DNA from: Balanoglossus misakiensis
Lineage: Eukaryota > Animalia > Hemichordata
Direction: 5' to 3'
NCBI GenBank assembly: GCA_040954595.2
Contig: CM082580.2
Span: 4,764,783 to 4,828,782, forward strand
Length of the DNA: 64,000 nucleotides
Translations under genes and position numbers: made by a program
Shown here: positions 45,139 to 57,100 of the stretch, piece by piece
Layout: every line of letters starts with the position of its first letter
Position numbering within the stretch: the stretch's first letter is position 1
The notes under the pieces: model-generated
Database searches by the model: none
The model's input: only the letters and a program-made list of their open reading frames with translations
Told to the model about the DNA's origin: nothing

Positions 45139-48100
45139 ATGTTAGAAGGCCTGTTTGACGTCGCTGAAGAACTCTTTGCCACCGACCCCGATCAGCGACA
45201 AGGACTCGGGGACGGTAAAGTTCAGGTTCCCCCTCCCCCTCGGTCTCCTACTGGGCTTAGCGGGATTAAAAATCAGGGCTCGACTTGTTATTTGAATTCA
45301 CTACTTCAGACATTGCTATACACCCCTGAATTTCGAGGTAAGTTAACTGCACAGATCAGTGTACTGTTCTTTCGAAAAAGGGAAAAAGGTGTCCAACACG
45401 GTGACTTGTTAATTAAAAGAAACGAGGGGTGGGTACCTCATGCCTCCCATGATGGATGGAAACCAGAGTATAATGCCACGCCGTTTTTGTTGTCTTTTTA
45501 ACTTTTCTGTGTATAGTGTACATTGAAAATGATTATCTTCGATAACCAACCCTTCACGAACAAAAAGACCGCTCGATACCGCAGACTGTACTTGTCGAAC
45601 TTCCGGGTTCTCCAGGAAGTGACCCGTCGTGGGCCTAGGAGAAATGTCACACAACGTACAAGTCCAGTTTCCTCCGTTGTGTATATGATGTCGTGGATGA
45701 CCCTTATGGGTTTTATTTCATACAGTTTGTCTGTGCAATTACTATTTAAGTAAACCATCGTTGACATATCGTAAGCACAGTGATAAATTTGCGTATGTCA
45801 GCATTTTTTAGCACTGTTTACAGCAATTTTGTGTTGATTGCCTATCCACCTTTTTCCTCAAGTCAGTGCAAAAGAAAATGTGTCTCCCTCTGCACCATAT
45901 GCCAACAAATCTTCAAAAATCCTCCAGCCATCCCCCAAGAATTCAAATGGTTCTTCCTTATGGTGAACTGTTGTATCTGATGTACGCAACACAAAAACAT
46001 ACTGTTTTTTTTTATTTACAAAACACTATTTTTTCCCTTTACAGAATCCTTGTTTCAACTGGGACCTGAAGAGTTGGGTAACTTGGCAGACAAAGACAAA
46101 CCAGAAGCAAAGGTAAATTTATTCAGGGAGGGTAACAGTCAGGGTATTGTATGTCTAAGAGATGACATTCAATTTGAGTTCCTGAGATCATGGAGGTGGG
46201 CCTCCATACTGAAATGAAGGTCAGAAAAACCACCTTGAAGGCAGGTATAAATAAATCATGTCTGATAGTTAAATAATAACACATGAATGGTGAGGGCAAT
46301 ATCATGATTTTAGCCTACACAAGGGATGGTGATTTCTGACCATAATATTGATGATTGTCAGATATGCAGGCGAGGGTATCATCAATATTATGGTCAGAGA
46401 GCACCAGCCGGAGGGCAGGCTAAACTCTTGATGTTGCCTGATCATCCTGTGTTGTTAATGTTTAATATTACACCAAACATTTGATACATACAGCATAGAA
46501 TGTATTTAGGGTTACCAATGTGTCCAGGGTCGTTGCATTCAGTGAAGGTCTCGATCTCTGGCTAACTGTAGCTGTAGGCCTACTTGAACTTACTCAGATA
46601 ATTTTGGACAACTGTTGTTGTCTTATTAATTGATGAACAATCGTAATTTTTCATTTGTAGAGAGTTTTAATAAATTTAGTGGACTTTACTGGAATTAAAT
46701 GAATGAAAAACAGAGTGATTTTCATAATGTACCATGATAAAATCAAGTGCAGGAAATGTCAGTTCTTGTCAATCAGTTTTTTTTTCCAAAACGTAAACAT
46801 AGCAGTAAGATCATTTCTTGTTGTTTGTACTACACATGACTTTCGGTCATCATTTCCATTAATCAACTTTCAAATTATGGAGAGTTTATGAAACTTAACC
46901 TAACTGTGAAAAACTCAGGAATGATTTCATATGGTGACATAGTAGGCCTCGGGTCATGATTGTTTGTTCAGTGTATTAGCATGCTCAATTGAACACCTAT
47001 TGCCTGGCCATGAGGGCCATAGCGGCCGTTTATTGCACCCGAGGGGCTGTGAGTTACCATAATCATATGCTATTTCCCGAGGCCGCAGGCCGAGGGAAAT
47101 AGCATATGATTATGGTAACTCACAGTCACGAGGGGGTAAAAACGGCTGCTATGGCCCGAATATAGGCCAGGCTATAGGTGTTTTATAATAAACCTCATGC
47201 TAACATCTGGGAAAATCTTGCAATTTTCTCTTGAGGTTGGCATACGACACCTTCCGCGGTGGCCATTGTGTCAGACGACGCGCGCGACGCTGATTGACGT
47301 GACCGAGTCTGCGCACTCACGTTGGTCACGTGACCGGTTTATATTTTTTTCTGCTATTGCCCTAGCGGTTCATAGTCGATTCTATTTTCCTATCACATGA
47401 CGGATTCTGGCGAATCACGGCACAGTATTAGCATGAGGTATATTATAAATCTTGTTATTCCATGTTCATATAATGTCATGCACATTAGGAATACGTTTTA
47501 AAGGCAATGTCAAATTACAGTTTTCATTTGTTAAATTAATATATAATAATGATATCGCGAGGAAATGACTGTTGAAACCATAAAGTTATACTGCTTAAGT
47601 GTAGCACATGTTTATTGATGCTGTCAATTGTTTAATCAAATATTTGATAAAGATTGATTATGGTTATAATTTTAAATGGGGCCACATATAATAGTAATAG
47701 CGTCAAACATATTTTTAATATTTTAAAATGTTGCTTTTTTATCACGATTTTTATTTATGATGGTTAATAGTGGGTGTATGTTTCATGGAAATGAAGATTT
47801 TCTTTGAATAGAAACTGTTCCGGAATGGAGTCACATGACCCCACCTGTTGACCTCAGGGTGACCCTGGATTAATTACCATGTGAATGGTGTCTGCCCACG
47901 TCGGGACTTAACTGAAATTAATGCTTTACTACGCAATCTCGCGTAATAGACATGCCATTTTCTGTCTGGTTGGTCAAGCTGATATGACCCGTGCACGATA
48001 CACTGCGGCGTCTATAAATTTTATGATTACTTTCCACGTACGTGTGTTTGGAACAGACAGAGCAATGCCTAGGTAGGGTTTTGACATCACAACTTTGATT

Positions 48101-51100
48101 TCAATTGATTTTTATTATGAAGTTCTGTCCTTTGTACAACAATTCTGTATGCAGTAATTTTCCCATGTAGCTGCAGATACTTTCAAGAATTGTACCCCAG
48201 AATGAACTGTACTTGTACGGAGAAAATCCCGCCAAAACACTTTTCGCAATTTTCCCACGCACTTACTTTTAGCTATAACACTGTTTTCTCGAAAGAATAG
48301 TTTTTTGTAACCAATATTATTTTCAGATCCTGAAAAATGACTGCAGTCTGCGAAAATGGTAACAAGCATGCCAAAAGAATGCAGATTTTGTGCAAGTCAT
48401 GATCAGCCATATTGCCTGTCCAATCTTGCTCGTACGACACTCACAGTTACGTACTTCTTTATCGTCAGGTGCGCGTCATTCCAATACAACTCCAGCGCTT
48501 ATTTGCCCGACTCTTACTGCGGGACGAACAGAGTGCCAGCACGACAGACCTGACAGATAGTTTTGGATGGACCAATAATGAGGTACATGATGAAATCAAT
48601 TTTTTCAACCATACTGCTATCAATATTAGCTTGAAGGAACAGTAGATGAGATTTTCATTAACATTTTGTCTGATGTTAGTAACATGCTGTTCACAGTTCA
48701 CTTTGAACAAATTTCTCAAATTCCATGACTTTTAAATGACATCAAAATGTCAGTTACAATGTAACTGTTAGATGTTATTCATTTCTAAGATGGATGATGA
48801 TTGGTGATTATTGCTCACAAAAAACGATATGTCACTTTTTTATTGTACATAATTTCAGTTACATATCTTGCTTTGTTGCATGTTTCTCAGTTGCTGAAAA
48901 TGTGATAAAAAGTGCAAGAAAAAGTGTAGTCATTTACCCTGGATTATCGAATGTAAAGACAGGCAGACAGGCAGTTACTGAGTCATACAGTCAGATGGAC
49001 AGACATAGTAAGAGAGTGAGTCTGTCAGTCAGACAGACATTCTGTCAAAAGGACAGACAAACAGACAGAAACAGTCAGTGACAGACAGACACAGATAGAC
49101 AGAAGGAAAGAATTAAAAAGCCCTCACAAAGACAGACAGACAGTCAGTCACAATAGCTGTACTTGTATGTTCTTGTCTGATGTTCACACTGTCTGGACCG
49201 CTTTTTTCCCCAATTCAACCAACACAGGAATTACAACAGCATGACGTTCAAGAACTCAACCGGATCCTGTTCAGTGCCATTGAAAGTTCTCTGGTTGGTA
49301 CATCCGGCCAAGATCTCATCTCCAAACTCTATCACGGTTCCATCGTAAACCAGGTAAATGGATTTCATCTTGAGAAAGATAAAGATGCAGTACTATTAAC
49401 TTTGTATACAATACTATGAAATGTAACAAACAAATTGTTCTGTTCACACATAGACACTACCCTCTATACTTCATGCAGTGTATGTTTGAGATTACCTCAC
49501 TTTTAGGTTGCTGATGTGGTAAAAAGAAAAAAACAACATCAACACATGAATTTTAGAGAAAAAAAAAACAAACAAATGTGGTGTTTTCGGCAGAAGTCAC
49601 AGACAGCTAATGTGCGACAGAATTTCATTGCACATCCTGTGAGTCCCGACATTCTCCATCAGGGCATTGACTTGCGGCTGTTTGTAAAATCCCAGAACAT
49701 GACAAGACTGCAGATTTGGTGGTTGTCTAAGTACATCCACCCCACGCTGCATTCCAGACATTGAAAACCTCCATTGTTACCAATGCGGGACAGTATCACC
49801 TCTGACAGTAAACAGTGCACTCTCAGACACAATAAGGTGCTTGTGTCTGCGTGGGAATGTATTCCCATCGTATGTAGTCTGCATTGAAGGACGTAATGCT
49901 ACATTTGCGCATTATTTCATCAGCAAGATTATTGTACCCATCAGAAGTTCATTCAGCGGTGATACCTAAGTATTGCTTTTCACAATACGAAAATTAGGAC
50001 TGAAAGCATGATTTTTTTCACTTGATTTTCAGATCATTTGCCAAGAATGTGGAAGAATAAGCGAAAGAGAGGTAATATAATGTTTGTAGATTTCTGATTC
50101 TTTTGAATATAGGATTAGTAATGAAGTTATGGTATAGCAATCAAAGAGAATTACTTTTTTCCCCATATACATGTACATGTAGTTGTCTGTGAGAGTCATA
50201 TTACATGATATTCAGCTAACCTTACTTCATCTTGTTGGAGATAACACATCACTGGCTGGTAAAATAAATTTAAAATTATAGCTGATATTACTATTTTTGG
50301 AGTAGCTCTGAGTGGGCGAGGGGAGAATTTGTTTTGTAGTAAAACATGGACAGACTTCAACTGTCATACAGTATGTGTTTTGGTTAGAAATAACGTTTCC
50401 CCAAGAGTTCCCAATTTGTGTGTCTCGGTGTGGTTTGTGTGTGGGAGCCAGTGTGCCTTAAATGCTGAAATTCATGGTGGAATATATCACTTAGTCATGA
50501 AATATCTCACCGTGAGTAGTCAGTTCTAGGTTGATAGATGAAAGCGCGACATCTATATAAGATATCTGAGTCATCTATTGGGCGACTGTAATTTGAACGT
50601 CTCTTACATGCTTTTACTGCAAATTGGATTTTTGTAGGAAGATTTCCTGGACCTGACAGTTGCTGTGGCCGGATTCCAGGGATTAATTGATGCCTTGGAC
50701 TGCTGTCACAACGAGATGGAATTGATGGCCGGGAACAACCAGTACAAATGCGAAAGATGTCAGAAACTGGTAGATGCCAAAAAGGTACGCTGGGCAAAAA
50801 ATGCAACCATTATTATGAGAATTGGTTTATAGATTTCTTGCTTTCAACAGAGTGGTCGAGCACTCTGTTGAAAGCAAGAAATCTATAAACCAACTTTTCA
50901 AGACAAGTTATATTGAGGATGACATGTAGTGTGACCGTTTGATCAGTGAAAGAAACGAGAGTTTGTTAGAGAGCATTGCATTTTAGGTTTCTTTTGCAAC
51001 AAATGTTTTTCGTAACAGGTAATATTGTCAACTGTTAAGCCACTGATTTTTGGTGTAACCCTGTTTATAAAAATTTTAAAAATTTGGATACAAATTTGGC

Positions 51101-54100
51101 AATTTTTTTTTATCACAAGTGTATTATACACTTGTGATCGAAACAAAATTTCCCATTATGTATACTCTACAGCTATTTAACATTTCAAATTTGTATCTTG
51201 AGAAAATAATATGTCAACAAAATGCTGAATTTTTGGTTTGATTGATGGATAAATTATTCCATATAATGCCGGTTTGTCTTGACATAGTGAAGAGTAACAA
51301 CCCACATACATTTCTGACTTAATACAGACCAGTAGAATAAAGGCACAATTTTGTAGCATGAGCCTTGAGGACAAAAGCTGAGTCATCAACCTTGAAACAG
51401 GATAATCCAGTTAAAACACTTAGTCTCACTGACAGCTGTTTCCCTTCTGTGTCAATAATGTTGACATTTTCAAATGATGTTTCCATTTCACTCAAAGAAC
51501 CCACATGACCACTTCTAAATTACATATTCATTGTTGCACAGTGGCCCCACCTGTGTTCAGGTTTGATGGTTGGGGACGCTCTTCAAAATGATGAAGTACA
51601 AGTCATTTCAAATAGTGAGAGTTTAGCGCAATGCCTACCATTATTCAAGTCTACTTTCTTCAAATTTGTATAGGGAGTAAGTATACATGTCCATCCCCAC
51701 CAGGGTTTGCTGATTTTTTTTTATATTTCTTGCAGGGTGCCAAACTCCGTGCCTTACCACCTATACTTACCATCTCGTTACTACGATTCAGTTATGACTT
51801 TGTCAAGTTTGAAAGGTACAAGGAAACTGGTAAATTTACATTCCCAATGGAAATAGATATGGCTCCATACTGTGAAGATGTAAGTTGTGGTTTGAACTGT
51901 AATATCTTATCATTAAACTGGAACACTTTGTTGCCATTTATTGACCAATCAAAAGCACTGGATGCTTCAACAGTTAACCTATTGTCTGTGTATATACATG
52001 TGTTCATGTTCAGAGTTTGGATTTTCAGTGAAAAAAAGTTATTACTGAATCGGCAAATGATGTCAAAAGTTGCAGTTTTGTGACTGGTCAATACAACTGT
52101 TGATTGTTAAATATACCATGTACCTCTTCTATAAAATAAGCAACACTGCATTGATGTACACAGCTAATGATATCAATCACTGTTCGTCTGTTCATTTCTG
52201 CTTGACAGGTGTCGTCTATGAGTGACACAGAATACGAGTTATTTTCAGTGGTGATTCACAGAGGTAGTGGCTTTGGCGGACACTATCAGGCTTACATACG
52301 GGATGTGGATTGTATTGGAAAGTGGACACAGCCTGTAAGTAGTTACTCTGGCGTCTGTGTACTTTGTATCATGTACCTAGGGGTCACCGCGCTTGTTTTT
52401 GACGTACAGAGCCACGAATTTAGTCAATAATAGATGAACATAGCTGACTCAACATTTTTTCACCAATGGTTTGTCTATGAGCAAAATATTTAGCGAAGTT
52501 TATCTCAAAATAGAGCGCGGTGACCATACGATTTTGTGTGACCAATGTATTTATTTTTACATAACTGCGCTATATGTGTAAAATTTCGTGAAAATGACAA
52601 TAGTAGAAGTTTGTTTTCAATAATCCTATGGGAAAAAGACGTGTGCATGCAGTTTTCCGGTTTATGTTCTGCGCGTACATCCTTAAAGTTGAATTCATAA
52701 ACCATCTCTGTGACTGTATTGTGGCTGATGTCAGTAATTTTCTCTTTTGAACAGGAGGATGAACCAATCCAGATGAAAACTGAGGCAAGCAGTGACAGCG
52801 TTGATTACATTGAGTTGGGAGAACCAGAAGAAGTCTTATCAGCTGTTCTTATCTGTGAAGGTGATGAGACCAGTACATTGACGTTGGATAAGCTGTGTCA
52901 GGTCAGAAACTTAACATTCTTTGTCACCAATGAACTTGGTTGTATGTCAAGTATTTTATTTGCATACATAAAAAAAATACTGTTAAACATGTTATTTTCG
53001 CGAGCAATAAATATACGCGAAATACGCGAGAGCCAAAAAACGTGAAAATAAAGACTCGTGTAAATATAGTTGTGAAAGAACAATGTGCACTATGCAGTAC
53101 GAGAACACGAAAATTAATACTCGCGTAACAGTGGCCTCTCTCAATATTGCAAAAATTTCAAATCGCGAAAATAACATGTTTTACATTAATTCAATAAGTA
53201 CTAATACATGTAGTTTTAAATTCAAGACTCAATACAAAGCCATACATGTATGTAATATGGCTAGAGATAGCTCTAGAAACGCAGTTGCACCATTAGTGTT
53301 TGGGATATGCTAATTACATTTGTCATTTTATAGTTGCATCAATAGTAAATTTATTGACAAATGTATTTTCCTGTTTTGTAGGCACTTATATCACAAACAG
53401 GAGTGTCTTGGAACAAACGTTTCAAAAAACAATATGGACCAATTAATAAGGTAAGGGCATCATTGACATTGTGAAGAATATTCGATTTTTCATCTTAACA
53501 ATTACATGTAGCTTTTAGTTTGCAGGGTGTAGAGAAAACATCAGATTTGCTCAAGTGACTATGAAATTTAAAAAAGTTTTTTTTTTATCATTTTTAGTCA
53601 AATTGCTATTTTAACTTCTTCAACCATATGGATTAGCATTATGTTCTAATATAGAGGCCAATTTATTTACTTACTAGGTATAGTTTAGTTTGTAACATAA
53701 TGTGAATTTTTATTGAACACAACCCAACAGAGTGGACTTTTTATAGAAGGAGTGTTGTTAAGGATCTTTTACTATATTCCATCAAAAGTAAATATTAACA
53801 ACATTTCTCGTTTTAGTTTCTGAAGAAACACGTTGAAACCTTTGAATATGACTCAGTGACCAACTCTGTCCGGTTGAAGACGACCAGGGAAACAGTGAGC
53901 TATATGTCACAGGTGAAAGAGTCAGAGAAGGCAAATGCTAAGCGTAGTGAAGGAACTAAGATTGTGAGCCCAGAGAAGAAAGATGATGGAGAGAGCGAGA
54001 AGGAGAGTTCAACACACAATGAAGTCAGAGAGAACAGTCACAAGACAAAGAAACCAAAAAGGTATAGTTAACACGTAGTCTCGGTTACCCAGACCCCTCT

Positions 54101-57100
54101 GCTTCTTCCGTTGGGGAAATGCTATGGAAAAATCTCCGGGCAAAGATGGCCGACTCGAGGCAAAAGCAATGCATGATGGTCAACATTTATGACATTTGAT
54201 ATTATGACATGGCGATATTAGAAAACTATTTACCAAACTTCTCTCTCTCTTTTCAATTTGTAGACAGTTTTAGCAGGACTTCTCAGCATGTTTTTTTTTA
54301 AAGTTTTAGGCTGCAATGGTGATGAAAGGGTTAAACTTTGATTTTCCATCTTTCTGATTTGATTTCAGAGATCCCTCGCCACTACCAAGAGACGGTTATT
54401 CCTGGTTTGATTTCAACGATTCAAGAGTACATTCAATCCGAGAAAAAGAGATCCAGAAGCAATTCTCAGGAAGACAGAGTGCTTATATGTTGTTTTACAG
54501 GCAGAAATCACTTAAGAGACCTTCAGAAGGTAGGCTACTGGTATTCTTGAGATAATGGGGCATAGTTTTAACCCTTTCACCCCAGTTCCCTCTCGAGAGG
54601 TCCAACGACACCATAGAAAACAATGGGTTTGGACTGAACCATGGTGGTGCAAGGGTTAAACTCAGATATGTTATAACGTTTCATGAAATTTTCATCACAG
54701 AGTTAAGTGTCAGTGTCAGATTTTATCTCATGGACATGTATGTCTCATTTGCAATTGAATACTTCCACTTAGACTTTAGGTGAGCGAACTAATCACAATG
54801 ATCTGTCTCGGCAAGGTGTGAATATTTGTGGTGTTTCGTGATTGACCTCTAGATGGCGCTTTCCTTTAGATTTGCAAACATCATCCCATTGTCGAGTTAG
54901 GAGATCCAACCATATTTGGTAACAAGGGATTTAGACCAATTATTTCATCACACAGAAGAATTAATAGTTAGGCATTTATGTTTAGCAACCAACAATTGCT
55001 ATTTGTATAATTACATTTTAGAGATTGATTGATCAATTAATTAATGATATTGGATAATGTTGCATACCTTATAATAGTTTTCTTAGAAATTCAGCTTATG
55101 TTCATAGAACAGTCGTAATAAGATGCTTGTGTTTAAGTTTAAAATCTGTTAACTGTTATCTGTTTGTATCTTCCATAATAGAATTTCATTTCATGTTTTT
55201 TTTCTCAATTTCAAAGCCAAAGGTTGTCCAGCATACAAGATAGCCGAGAGATTACTGGAAGAAGTTGCCATAGAAAATGCTGTTTTGCAGGATGAACGGT
55301 AAGGGTAGTACCACATATACACTGTTGCTATCTTAGCTCTTTGAAAAGGTTGTTGGTGACTTTCCAAGTATCAGAATGTAAACGTCTTGAGAGTTTGCAG
55401 TCAAAGAAATCAGTAAGATAAAATGCTCCTAGCAATGGTACTCACCTGAGATAAATTTACATTGCCAGAAAAAAATTAATGCAGTGAACGCAAAAATTAG
55501 GAAAAATATATACTTCTGATTCATTCTTTGCAGAGGACAGGGAGAATACTGATGCACCTTTAACATTTGCATATTTATGTTCTCCACTTTGATGTTTGCA
55601 GAGAAAAGTACGAAGATGAAATCAATAAGATTGAAGTGAAGCTCTTACAGAGCAAAGATTACCAGACACTCAACGGTGCAATCAATGTAAGACTCGACAC
55701 AGATACCAGTGTTACTGCCCTGTCTATTGACAGAAGGAAACCCGTGGCAGATTTGAAAATAATGATAACAGAGGTAAGTGTTCTTTTTATGTTGGCATAT
55801 ATTGTGTGACACTACTGTTTGAGGTGTATATGTTTGCAATGAAACAACAACTACAAAACAAAAAAAGATTTTAAAGTTTGATTTTTGATGTAAGAAGCTA
55901 CCAGAACAACTGCGCCAATTATTGATATGCTGCCAACTTAATAGTCACAGTGTTCCGTCATGTGCGATAATTTCATTACTATCGATGATTTCTTTCCTTC
56001 ATTGTTGCCAACATAGTGGCCAGACTGTTTTAGCTTGCTTGTCTCATGTGCTAATGTGTCCTTAACATTCCAGAGACATGGTAGCTGTTTAATTTGGATA
56101 AAGCAAAAAAAGTTACAATTTTACGCTATGAATATTTGTCATATTCAGCATTGTTGTCAGTTCCGTTGGCATACATTGCAACACTGAATCATTAATAGAC
56201 ATGGTTTTATAAGATACAATGTTAGCTTGAATCACATGCACTGTACTTAAAAATGCTTGATTACTTATCATGATAGGTATTGGATGACATCAGTCTTCTG
56301 GACCATAGCATGCGTTTACATGTTGCCAAGGACATTCCAGCAGGGATTCATCTCTATCAATGCATATCAGGTGAACATTACTTACTTCTTGTCATTGTGT
56401 TTCTTGTATAAAAATCAATGCGAATGCTGGTCATATATTCTTACAAATTGTGAGCTGACTATCAGATGAAATCTGAAATTATCTTCTGTACTAAGACCAA
56501 TATCAATCATACTATTTTAATTATGATATTTCTGTGTATGAAAGCTGATGTTCCACTCTCTTTATGAGTCATGAGAATCTAACTATGCAGAATACTGTGG
56601 TAATGTCACATTTGAAGGTGATCATGTCTTGAAATCTACGATCTATATTCTAAAAGCGTTTAATGTCACATGGAAATGTCACATGACATGCCATATTTGG
56701 TATGACTGCTGGCAAACTCAATCTACAATTCAATCCTATGAAAAATTCATGAAGATTTGGAGAAATTTGGAAGGGGGTTATTACTGTGACAGCGGTGTTA
56801 CTCGTAGTCAAAGCAACATAGTATTTTACAGCTTATAATAATATAAATTTAAAATGACTGTGACATGGTCAAACTGTGCCAATGACATTACAGGTATATG
56901 TGTATCACCATTGCAAATACATACATGTATAAAGGTGAAGGACAATTTCCCTAACCATCAACATTTACATGTGATTGCAGGAATTGAGGAAAACAAATTT
57001 TATGTGTCACTTTTAATCTCTTTAATAATTTTGATTCAATTTCAATTTCTTGTCCACCTAGGTTGTGATACTGTTAGCATACAGGATACGGGAGTGTGTA

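Noticed and set aside
49516-49890. GC-balanced intronic segment with 70-80-aa ORFs on both strands
   Set aside because: No motif recognised, and it is not needed for USP40 frame continuity.
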